Shown here: positions 52,899 to 64,000 of the stretch, piece by piece | How the letters are laid out: every line of letters starts with the position of its first letter | Numbering within the stretch: position 1 is the first letter of the stretch | NCBI GenBank assembly: GCA_010093705.1 | Contig: MU006092.1 | Coordinates: 1,444,350-1,508,349 of the forward strand | Reading direction: 5' to 3' | Source: Patellaria atrata CBS 101060 | Lineage: Eukaryota | Length of the DNA: 64,000 bases | The notes under the pieces: generated by a model | Seen by the model: the letters and a program-made list of their open reading frames with translations, nothing else | What the model was told of the DNA's origin: nothing | Database searches by the model: none | Translations under genes and position numbers: made by a program

Positions 52899-53382
52899 CG
52901 TAACAGATGCTCTTACGTAGCTAACTCGATATTTTGTTGATGACGCCGTAGGCTTTACGGCAAATTAATCATGAGTAAGCGAAATCTAAGTTTGGAGTTA
53001 TCATAAGTCATGAGATGATCATTCATTCACATCATAACTCTCTATTTAGCTCTGATGGACGCATCAAATGCTGTTGCTCTGCGTATCCATTCCAAAAGAT
53101 GCAAATATTACTCGTGGAGCAAGCCGTAGGCGCAAAATATCTTACAGTCACGGAGTTTCTTCGGGAGATGTAGAAACTAAGGTATCTATTTGCGAGGTGC
53201 AGAGTAGAAAGAGAGTTTTCATCTTTCTCATCTGGCATTCTCCAACTTCAGTCGCCAAGTCATATGAGACCCATCAATCATTATTTAGAACTCTAGATGA
53301 CCATTTCTTAGAATTCGTCAATACTGGCGTGACGGGCTATCAATGCATCTTAAGAACCAGCTTCCCTCTAGCTCGTCTTTAA

Positions 53383-53388
53383 CCTCGG
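53383..53388. promoter_or_regulatory. CCTCGG (FarA/FarB core) upstream of PEX2
   Basis: Exact hexamer about 105 bp before the PEX2 ATG. Peroxin genes are known Far-motif carriers. Confidence 0.55.
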
Positions 53389-53493
53389 TTCATGAACTAC
53401 ACGAATAAATCGCGAGGCATGAGATGAGCCCTTCTTCTAACATAAAAGTACGATGCGCCTGGCTCAGCATCTCCATATCATAGTAACACAATC

Positions 53494-55076
53494 ATGCCTT
53501 CTTCTGCCGACTTTGCTCTCGCTCAGGAACGCCTAGCTGCTCGAAGACAAGCACGTGAAGCCTTCGCTCGCGCCGCCGTAGATGCTCAGCGCGCATCCCA
53601 CGCTCACTCGGAAGCTCTCTCCCGGCTACCATATCCTCTAAATACTATCAGCGCTGCCTCTCTCCGGACATGGGATAGTATTTCTGGACGTACGGGAACG
53701 AGACCTGCCTTTCGTGTCGGACAGGTGGACGCGGAGTTATTGGATGAAGAGTTACTGAGTCTCCTCAAAACTCAAGTCGGTGAAGGCCTCAAATACTATG
53801 GAAGTCATCTCCAGGACGAATGGAGTACGGAGATCCTGCTGGTGCTGAGAGCCATGCTCTGGAAACTCAGTATATGGGATCATGACGCGAGTTACGGTGC
53901 AAGTCTCCAGGGGTTGAGATATACAGACGCAAGAGGAGAGGCCAGGAGTAGAGGAAGGGAGAGACCGAAGCCTACGAAGTGGCAAAAAGGACTGTATGGA
54001 TTATTTAGTGTGGGAGGAAGATACACATGGAAGAAGTGGGAAGACTGGTTGGTGGAGAAAGAGGGAGGTTACGAAGAGGTATTGGGACGCCCACAAACTG
54101 CTTCTTACGAGCCAATTACTAACTCATGATATCTGTATAGCCCACACCACTCGTAGAACGCTTGTCCCGCATCACCCAATTCCTCACAACCGCGCATTCT
54201 ATAGGTGCTTTCGTCTCCTTCCTCGTATTTTTAACCAATGGCCGCTATCGTACCCTGCTCGATCGCTTCCTACGTCTCCGCCTCACACCCACATCCTCAA
54301 AACTATCCCGAGAAGTATCTTTCGAATACCTAAATCGTCAGCTCGTCTGGCACGCTTTTACCGAATTTCTACTATTCCTGTTACCTTTAGTTGGCATATC
54401 AAGATGGAGAAGGATATTATCAAGGACATGGCGGAAAATACGAAGATTCATTTTCAATAGAAAGAAGGCAGATGACGACGACGAAGATGTGAGAAAAGGG
54501 GGAGAGCTTGGTTTCCTTCCCGAACGCACATGCGCTATATGCTATTCCGGCCAAAACCCAACCACAGTATCGGAAACTTCAATTTTGGCTGCATCAGCAG
54601 GAGGAGGCGGCGTAATTGGCTCAGCGCAAACAGATATCACGAATCCTTACGAAGCGATACCCTGTGGCGACCTCTACTGTTTCGCCTGTATAGCTCAGAA
54701 GATTGAGGCAGAAGAAGGTGAAGGATGGACGTGCCTAAGATGTGGCGATATCGTGAAGGAATGCAAACCATGGCATGGCGATGTCGTCGAGGAAGTTGAA
54801 AGACCACCTAGTAATGGAAAGAGTGTGGGGTTCGCGGATGAGAAGACGGAAAGCGATACACCTGAGATGAGGGATGTGGAACCCATTCCAGAACCGGATG
54901 ATGCGACCTTAGAGGTTAATAAGAGTGTTTTGAGAAGAGTCGAAGCAGAAACGCCTGCTGGGAAGACGATGGAAGAGTCGGAATGGTCAAGGGCTGATCC
55001 ATCCGACTCTGACGAGCAGAGTGAGGAATACGATGAAGAAGAGGAAGAATTGGCTGATTTTGAAGCGGCGCAGTAG
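53494..55076 (+). CDS. PEX2: Peroxin 2 (RING peroxin), 2 exons
   Basis: FRVGQVDAELLDEEL, ASYGASLQGLRY, VSFEYLNRQLVWHAFTEFLLFLLP, RING CAIC..PCGDLYCFAC..CLRC. Intron 54079-54140. Confidence 0.95.
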
Positions 55077-58000
55077 AGTTTAGTAACATACTCAAAATGA
55101 TCCTAGAACTGTACAACAGCATAATGAATGTCGTTCAGTCTAACATGCTGCGATATATAATTAACATGTGCGATTGAGGACAGCATCATTGGAGGCATCT
55201 GATCGCTCTCCAATACGAGTTACAACACTTTTCACATGGCACTTCAGAAACTCCCCAGTTCTCCTCTCTTCCTCGATACTTCCGGAAGACAACGATATCG
55301 AGTGGGATGGCATAGGAGTCAAGAATAAATCATTTTGTCCCTAAGGCTTGTCCCTACCTACCAAATTGTTTCTGAGTTACATCCTCGAGCTAGAGTTCTA
55401 TCCTCACACTTTCTTCGATTCCAAACATAGATCTACAAGGTGATGGGCATCATCAATATCGCATATTGCAGGTTTTTATTCGCATTTGATGTTGCTACTT
55501 AGTTTCATTCCACTCAAGGCCTAGAGTAATCCGACGGACCAAGGTGAACATTTCCTCACGCACTCAAACCCTTTTTTAAGTACTTTCCGATCCTAACGCA
55601 CAAGAAATCGTCGGTGGATGAACAACTCCCTTATCATAATGGAGTCTGATTTTCTCTATGACTCTGCGGTTTCGACATGTCTGCAGTTGATAGCTTCCTG
55701 TGGTGGGTCGATTGAGACTTGTTCGTTAGAAAAGAGCTATCTATGTCCAAAGTAGACATCCCTACGATTCCCACAACTCATTAGTACGGGTTCACACGAA
55801 TTATTTGTTTCGCGTAGGCATTAGTCATTTGTTCCAGATTTCGGCAAGATGTGGGACTCGAGATTCGATAGGTAGCATGATAATTTGAGCTCAAGTTCTC
55901 TATCATGTGCTCCTAAGCACCCTTCTCGCTCCGATATATAAGCCTAATCTACATTATGCTTCCTCTTCTTCTTCAAGCAATCTTTTCCTCTACATAGGAT
56001 AACCGGTAACCAAAATCGTTTTCGCCCTGACATATGGAGCTCGCGGACGGCTTCAAGATACCAGCAATTGTCATCGGGCATAGTTGTGACGATAAGGCTA
56101 CCAGCTTAGATTTCAAGGGATTCCTTGCATTTTGATGTTGGGACGTCGGTTCATGTCTCCCCTTCACTCCTGACGACTACGTTTCTCATGACTCCCCAGA
56201 TGACAGGAGAAAGACCGAGAATAGTGATGCTCTTCAACCTGAAGCATCAATGGTATTCACCATCATTATCAGAGACGACATCCGTCGGTGTTCCGTTCCT
56301 AATGTTCATGGGTTTCAAGGCCGCGGGCCACAGTTCTCTCCAGCCAACAATGGCGCGAACAGACTGTTCCGAACGCTCGCAGGCTTTATGGAGCGTAATT
56401 TCAATGTTAATGAAATCGGAACTCAACCACCAGAAGTTATATATATCGGACTGGTGAGGCGGTAAGGAGAGAGTAGAATATGACCTATCAGTCTGAAGAA
56501 CCTGCATGAATCAGCGCATGATTCCTTTCATGTCTTCTGGTTTTGTCATGCGGAAGAGTGCCGGTTCATATATTCATTCCAACACCTTTATCTGCAAATA
56601 TACGGTATCACAGCTCACACTTCCTCACTTTTTTTTCCCTTTTCCGAATCAAGTTGTAACACTATTGGCAAGATCCGGATGGCGGTGAAGTTGATTTCTG
56701 GTTGACGACTTCATTGGTGGATCTGTGTCCCTTATTAGATACAGATGCTGTTGGTGGTTGACATTTCCCGGCATGGCATCCAGGTATTACTGCGTTTCTT
56801 TTCTCTACCTCACTTTTACGGAATTTGTCTCACTGATAATCATCAGTGCAGATGAATAATAATAGGGATGAGCATCATATCGTGATACTAAGAATGAGTC
56901 AACATGAGGTCCCGCATCTAGGATGCCCAATTATTGAAACCCGAATGTAATTCCAGATGGAAGAACAAGGAGCAAATGAGTTTACTTGGGGCTCCGCAAC
57001 CCCTAGTGCCCGTTCAGAGTCCCTGGTATCCAACACAACAATTTGAATCATTGCGTCTGGAAAATTAGTATTCATTTTTCCTCTTTTCCACCCTCGCCTT
57101 GAGAGGTTGTTAGAAACCAAACTCAAGGCAAGGGGATTAAGACCTATTCAAGCTCGTCCTAGGAAGCGGAGTCATTGGAAAGATGATCATTCTTGTCATG
57201 TGTTTCTGCGAAGTGCGGTATTAGTCATATTTTCCAGAATATCCGCAATATATCATGCGTTCTTACTGCATACGCGGTTACATCAACCGTTTCACTTCTA
57301 TTGATTCGAGACCAATTGTCCAGTAGCAAAGCTAGTTTCCCATTTCCTAAATCTTAACGAATAAACTTGGTTCCTAAGAAGAAGCTACAGAATGGATTCA
57401 TACACTTTCTACATTCGATTGGGACCGCTGAAGGGTCAGTTAAGGACCCATTTTGTTTCTTCTATTGCCGTATCATCTTGCTATATCCCCTTAACGTGGT
57501 ATATAGATTATTTGCTCTCAAATACTCTAGAACATCAGTTGGTATAACGTGCAAGATGCCGTCACTTAAGATTCCTGATGGTGAAGTACATATGAGTCAG
57601 TTCCTATTGCCCTTCATCGTTCCCTGGTCTCAAATGCTTTTTGCCATTAGTAGCCAACTTGTATACAATTCGACTTCCTGGGACCTGGGTCAAGGCCGCC
57701 CGCCAGTTAGTTCTGATAAGGAGGACCACATCAGTTGCGTGTGGGAAAGAAGAACATTGGCATTCCACCCTTTCACGCCTTTGCAATGCAGGAGAGGTTC
57801 AAACTACTTGGGGAGAATTCAGAAAGATATTTTTACCCCATATTTCAGTATAGTCTCAAAGTCTTGGGAAAATCACTCTCATTAGGCCTCATAACCACGT
57901 CATACCTGCAGCTGCTTATGTCTATCTAACTGACCACGGATCAGAATAACGTCCGCTGAATGGCCCCCTGAATAGTTCATGCGGCAACGGACAACCGTCA

Positions 58001-58982
58001 AGGTCTTGTATGCTACTGTACAGGATTGTCTTTGGATCAGCTCTTTAAACTCCATCTTGCAAAGGACGTGGAACGATAGTCTTGATTTAGCAGACAAATT
58101 CGGAAGGAGCAAATGAATTTCACCAGTCCAATTGTGCTTTTCTTTTTGGAGTTTCTCCGACAACTACTGCTCGTTACCGCACAATCGCTTTCTATAGGCG
58201 GTATGTCACCATCGAATGTTAACTGCGGCGCTCCCAATAGTTACCTACAGATGGTGATGGAAACCGCCTGCGTCACTTCTCGCTGACCGTCGGCATTGTA
58301 CGGTATCCAATTGTCAACCCGAATTGGATTTCAGAACTCCCATGCCTGGGACGAACTATTCAGAACCTCAAATCAACTCCACGAGGCAAATATCAACGGA
58401 ACGGTGTGTCCCTAAAATCACGTTTCATTTCCGCCAACAAACCAAAACCTAGCATCAAAGACTGAACATGTCGAAAACTGAACATGGAAGTGGTGGCAGA
58501 TATTATATTCTTGTAAAAGGGTCAAATTCATGCTATTGACATCAATCTGCAGCTTCTCATTCTGCGCCGGGTGACTCAATAAGTGTCCTTATCTCGGAAT
58601 AATCCATAAAAGGGGTCATACGTGACCATTTCACTCTGCGTATGAGGTCCCGTGCTCCTATGTCCTGATTTCTCTCCTTCAACTATAGAATTTAGACTCT
58701 CTTAAAATCAAATCAACTTACAATCTGGTGGAAGTTACTATGACAACTCTTATTAGTGTCTCTTTATAAATTTCCAGATATGGAAAGGCTTGCGTGATCC
58801 GGCTTCGAGCTGGAGAACTATGCATTTGGGCGGCTGCGTGGTCGAGTGAGTTGGCCCATTGGGAAGGGTCTCTCTAAATAAATAAAGTGTTGGGATGGTC
58901 TGAGGAAGACCTTTTCTTGAAAGTAAAAGGGGGAAGTACCGGAACAATCATAGTGAACACCACTATCACTTCGTTGCAGTGA

Positions 58983-59051
58983 ATTACCCCTGAATATACC
59001 ATTCCCCCTGGTTATACCATTACCCCTGAATATATCATTACCACTGAATTT
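58983..59051. repeat. 18-bp degenerate tandem repeat (ATTACCCCTGAATATACC), nearly 4 copies
   Basis: Directly visible units at 58983, 59001, 59019 and 59037. Confidence 0.85.
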
Positions 59052-62000
59052 GTCACAACGCGCTCGATAATCATGAAGTCATGAACGTGGTTTAGGCCTC
59101 TCCCACTACTATATAAAACCGAGACTTGTCGACAATTTCCACCTCTTCTTGCATGAGTAGTATTATTCTTCTTGTCTTGGTTGAGAAGTATCATTGGGTT
59201 GAAAGACGCATTGATTTCAGACATGGAAAGATATTGTCTTCAAATTGTAGGCACAGCAACCACGGGCCACTGTGGTGTGGAAAAGTCGAAAGACCGGTGG
59301 CAGACTACTCTTCTGTGCGCTGTGGTGGTATAAGAAACCAAAATTTCCTCGAAGTTTCGGAGACAGGATAGAAGGAAGTTAGCAGTGCTTTAGAGCATTA
59401 CCACTTCACTATGATGAAGATCACTGAAGGATTACACACTAGTATAAATCCTCGTCTATTTGGTTGAAGATAAGCTCTCAGAGATCCCAGAGTAGCAATA
59501 GTGAGCCCAAAGTTTGTTGTAACCCAGCAATCGGCCGCAAAGTTTGGCTTTCAAAACTCACCCACGGAATATCCCTATTCTGTGGATCTTCAATCTGAAG
59601 CTTTCTACGGCTGAAGACTGAGGTGTAATTGAAGCATCATCTTTATAGAAGAAGACTACAGGCGGTCTCATGCTTCCCATAGTCATGCCTCTTACTATGG
59701 CCCGCAGTGTCGTAATATCATATCCCATGAATAAGCCATACGGTACCTGATATATCTTTCAACATTAGAAGTTTAAATTCTCTCCGCTAATATAAATTCA
59801 CCTCACTTACCTCCCTTCCATCTTCTTCTCGAATCGGGATTAGGATCTTTGGGAAGTTTGAGCTTGAAGGTGATAGACAAGATTACCGCACGTTCCAGGA
59901 CTGCCCTTACTGCGGCTCTTTCCACATTTGTGGTCCGGGCCACGCGGACAACATCATACTCATTGCCTTGCTCTCTGAAGAGCATATTTGAAAGACCTGG
60001 CTTTGAAACCGGGTAAGAAGAGACATGGGGAGCAGGCAGTGATGAATAATAACAATTTTCCTTCAAAATACGCCTGGGTAGATGGTAAACATCATCATCA
60101 ATCCGGCGACGAATGGCCGTATTTCTTACTAAAGGTCCAAAATGGTTATCACAAACCGCAGAGACAATTTAATTTCACGAACTGATTGGTCAGATCCAAT
60201 TACAACCACACAGGCTCTACCAAGCGTCCCAATTGAGAAGCTGTGCGCTATGATGCTGGAGTTGAGGGTTGAGTCTTCGGTGGAGGAAGCAGGTCTATAT
60301 GTTGTAGAACTCCTCATGCCTAATATGTCACACCATCTTCCTCAAATGACTTATGACCTCTACCTCTTACCTTATGCTGCAATTCCTGAGCAATATGGTC
60401 ATATTCACTTAATAATGACAGAGATACCCCATTGAACATAGAACGCAGCAGCTGACTTACTTCAGTGGTTCTCTCTTTCAACTATATAGATCACTGTATG
60501 ATCGCCCTCTTCTACTTCTTCTCCCGATCAGAAGCAGAGGATTGAGACAAGGATAAAGATGTCATGAAGGACATTGACTGAAATTGACAATCACAGTCAA
60601 GCAATTCTCTGCTTTGAGCGGGTCAAATGGGCCGTAAATATCAATACTTATCGGGGTCTACGAACATTCGAGAGAATGAGTTGGACGTGTGTAATAGGTG
60701 ATTAAGAGTTTATTGTCCTGCAATGGAATGTTCCTTATACAATACCCTATTGAGTGTCTCTCTCTTTAAAATAACACTTAGAATTTTCTCATGGTTTCTT
60801 CCTAGAAAAATCAAGACATATTTGGACGGTTCAAGTTTTATATATAGCCTGGTGTCTCTCACATATTATGCGGTGTCGGTTGATGACGTTCATTTTATCG
60901 CCTTCGCTTGTGACTTTATATGGGAGAAACATCACAACATCAGTCGAACAAGTTCAGGGATTAATGGAGGATGATGAAAAGATTCATTACTCTCTATACT
61001 GAAGACTATTCGCGTGATTGAATGATGGCATACTTCACTACCAATCGAGATTAATGTCCCATTCTAATGTACAATACTGTAGTATCACCGCAGCTAAATC
61101 ACTTGATGCTTTCTGTTCGTTCCAGCGAACACTGTGGTAAAACCCGGAGGTACATCTACAAGTTAATTTCCATTGCTATACAATGTAAGTCATGTTTCCC
61201 AATGGAAATGGGAACTCACGCTGTTCTCCTCAGAACTTCTCCGTTGCAATAAGTTCTGAGGATGAGGAGGCAGGTTTATATAGACCTCTCGGAGCGGACT
61301 TCATACTCAATAGGTCACGCATTTTGTACAGATGACTGCCCTAGTGTTTGACTCATGACGAGTGTTCTCGCCTTTTTGTGTCATGTTCCTTTGTCCAACT
61401 GACAGTTGGTATGTTGACGTACCCCTGAACAGGTCATGCAGCAACAAACACGTTCCAGGGGCACTGTTTCTACTATATAAGACTATCTCTTGCCATTTTC
61501 TCCACTCTTCATTTAATTATGAGCAGTCTTTGATCATTTGCTGACGTGAAGCAAATAATCAATTTGTGGAAATAGCAAGCTATGGCAAGTTCGTTCTTCC
61601 TTGGAGGAATCATTCAAACGAGTGACGTATTAGTAGAGCCTTGAAGTACCTACAAATACTACTGCTGTAGCCGCCACCGGCAATATGGTATTAACAAAGA
61701 CGTTCCCCAAACAAAGAAGGGAGAGGAACTGAAGGAATGATGGTGACGATGTACAGCATCATCACACCTCTTCTATGGAACGAATATACGCGACATGATA
61801 ATTCTCTCCCTCATTGTTCTGGAGGTAGTCGGTTGCTACAACCCCGAGTTCTTTAGTCCTCCCGTCGCCCGTCGCCACGAAGGCGAATATCCTGAAAGTA
61901 GGCAACGCCAATCATGTTGTTGCGGACGAACCACACAGGCAATTCAACACGCGTAAATATTTTTACTTGAAGTCAGGCAAGCAATTTCCTACACTGATAT

Positions 62001-62879
62001 TTCGATGTTGAAGTCTCCAATTCAGACCTTCTCTGCTGGAGGGCAATTTTGGTCAAGGAAGTGGGTTTCTATAGAAGTTATAGGGCGGGCTTTATGCAGA
62101 CTGGATCATGCTTCTTGCACATATGACTTGTTTATATCTTATCCGGTGATGGTATTCTTGGATTAATCCGTTCCGTTCAGCTGATACGTTTAACGGGTTT
62201 ACGCATACTCAGATAGGGAGCGTATAGGGACCAATAGGTGTTCACCAACAGATGATATGTATATCAGATCAACGTACATTGGTTGAAATTCTAGAGAAAC
62301 AATGGACAGGACTGCGCTGTAATACAGTCGAAGAATGGTATGGGGTGGACATGGAGTTATAATACAACACCTGAAAAGAGATAAACTCATGTGAACTGTT
62401 AGAAATTCTCTCCGGCATCCCGTACAGTACACTGTAACGTTCAGCTATCGTACAGAGTCTAGAGAAAGCAGAAGTTCGGAGTTCAGCAAAAGTACGTATA
62501 ATCTTACAGTCCTTAATTCAAATAAAGAGTGAACGAGGGGATCCACAGTCGCGTGCCATTGTACTCCTATACAACATATGGGAAGACGAAACCTTCCCTC
62601 CCATCAAATCAGGCATGAACAACCTCAAAAGCCCCCAATCTGGCGCCGTAGACGCGCATTTCTGCGGCGCAGCCACTGGACCTCACACTGCAGACCTCGG
62701 TTGTCGTTCTGCAGCAACGCCATTGCCCTGCTGGTATGTTAGAGTCTCCACTCAAGACTTGAGCAGTACTAGTTCGCGTGAACCAACTTGCCGCGCGTTT
62801 GCTTGTACAGTATTTTGCAATGCTATAGAACTGAATCATGAGCCGGCGGGAAAAGATGAGCTGGCACAAGACCGGAGCG

Positions 62880-63085
62880 TACGGAGTGCGGCGTTGTAGG
62901 GCGGGTACTGGGTATATGGCGCTGGTTGGTGCGGAGCCAGTTGCGGGTACAGAGACGGGCCCACAGTACTGAGTGGTCCAACTGTACCAGGCTCGTTGGG
63001 CGTACTGAGACTGTTGGTACGGGGTCTACCGGTTGTACTGGGCCCGCTGATTGTACGGCACGTGCTGGATGTACGCTGCTTGCTG
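62880..63085 (-). pseudogene. Degenerate Q/P/Y-rich repeat-coding segment with ~15-18-nt GTAC periodicity
   Basis: Minus strand reads QAAYIQHVPYNQRAQYNR*TPYQQSQYAQRAWYSWTTQY then, after a frame change, LYPQLAPHQPAPYTQYPPYN. It is preceded by a branch/acceptor-like gctaattccataccag. Confidence 0.35.
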
Positions 63086-64000
63086 GTATGGAATTAGCTT
63101 ATTGTACCGCGCTTGCCGGATGCACGAGAGCGGATTGTGCTGTGTTCTGTACCAACCTTGCTAGAATAAGAACATCGAGGGCTAGTTGGCGGCTGGCGCT
63201 TAGGTACGAGGCACGAAGGAGGGAGAAAGTTGTGTGTGTATACTCTTAGGACTTGTAGCATAGAAGAGGTACGTAGCTGCGACAAGAGCTTTTAAGGAAT
63301 GGGATAGGCTATCTCACGCATGTACCAGATTCTAACAGTATAGATTAGTATCAGGATAAAAAATTACAGAAGAAAACCACATTGTGTCTGACATGTCGGA
63401 CCCGGGAGGCAAAAGGTTGTGGGCTTAGCTGAATGAGTAAACAAAGGCTCGGTGGTCAAGTGGAAGGGTATATGGTAGTGGCCTGGAAAATCTGCTGGTG
63501 AAGTAGAACTAGTGAAGGAAGGTCTAATGTGAGGTAATCAACCCTATTGAGATCTAATATCGTGACGTATCCTATCGGTATCGCAATAAATGGAGCTTGA
63601 TACGGCTCGATACCATTTGATATGCTTTCGCATTACAACCTCCGTATGCTGTAGAGCGGGCGCAGTATTTTCCGCTGTACCGTATGATACAACATACGAT
63701 AATTAACTGCGCGTCAGAAGTGGACGGGTTCTCGAGCTTTCTCTTGAACAAACACGGGTCCAACCTCATCCTGGAAAGCCTATGAATGGGTTGAAAATTT
63801 CATGGAAGCCAACATCTTCAGACCAGGCGAGCGAAGAGTGAACGGAGAGTGATTCAAGTACTGCTTCGACAGAAGAGCTTGAAAAACTGGTGAGAAAAGA
63901 ATGTTCTTCCTGATGCTCTTTACCCTTATTTTATCTCGCTGTATGAAAACAAGACTGGTGTAGGAATCGGGAATGAAAATAACCGCCCTTAGACGGTCGT

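Noticed and set aside
53494..55076. PEX2 as a member of the catabolic cluster
   Set aside because: Separated from block C by the Myb and importin genes and is a core housekeeping gene. Proximity may be chance, although it shares the Far motif.
57367..57885. 172-aa ORF
   Set aside because: Non-ATG start, no recognisable motif or codon bias, in a gene-poor region.

Overview
Intron-containing genomic DNA from a filamentous ascomycete (Pezizomycotina; short GT-AG introns with CTAAC/CTGAC-type branch points). About 21 genes can be reconstructed by hand. Housekeeping/regulatory genes: RRP41, SLX4, importin-11/KAP120, PEX2, a cNMP-binding F-box/LRR gene and a Myb-like factor. Between them lie three blocks of redox/acyl-CoA enzymes, with no PKS, NRPS or terpene synthase. 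Block A (0.2-12 kb): acyl-CoA ligase ending AKL, SDR ending TKL, P450, ALDH, EthD-like protein, PRISE reductase. Block B (26.6-30.7 kb): BVMO and SDR. Block C (34.9-45 kb): AtuA/DUF1446, ACAD10/11-type acyl-CoA dehydrogenase, HSL-family esterase, a second PRISE and an APH-family kinase. The main lead is that block C holds the two halves of ACAD10/11 as separate clustered genes; with the ligase and SDR these match the enzyme classes of the bacterial lva 4-hydroxyacyl-CoA pathway. Several promoters carry the FarA/FarB core CCTCGG, suggesting a co-regulated, partly peroxisomal lactone/hydroxy-acid/terpenoid catabolic system. That function is inference. Also present: a Cys-rich secreted effector-like gene with a 14-bp minisatellite leader, probable decayed gene relics (14-17 kb, 55-63 kb) and some splicing oddities. 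All family calls come from motif recognition; no database searches were run.
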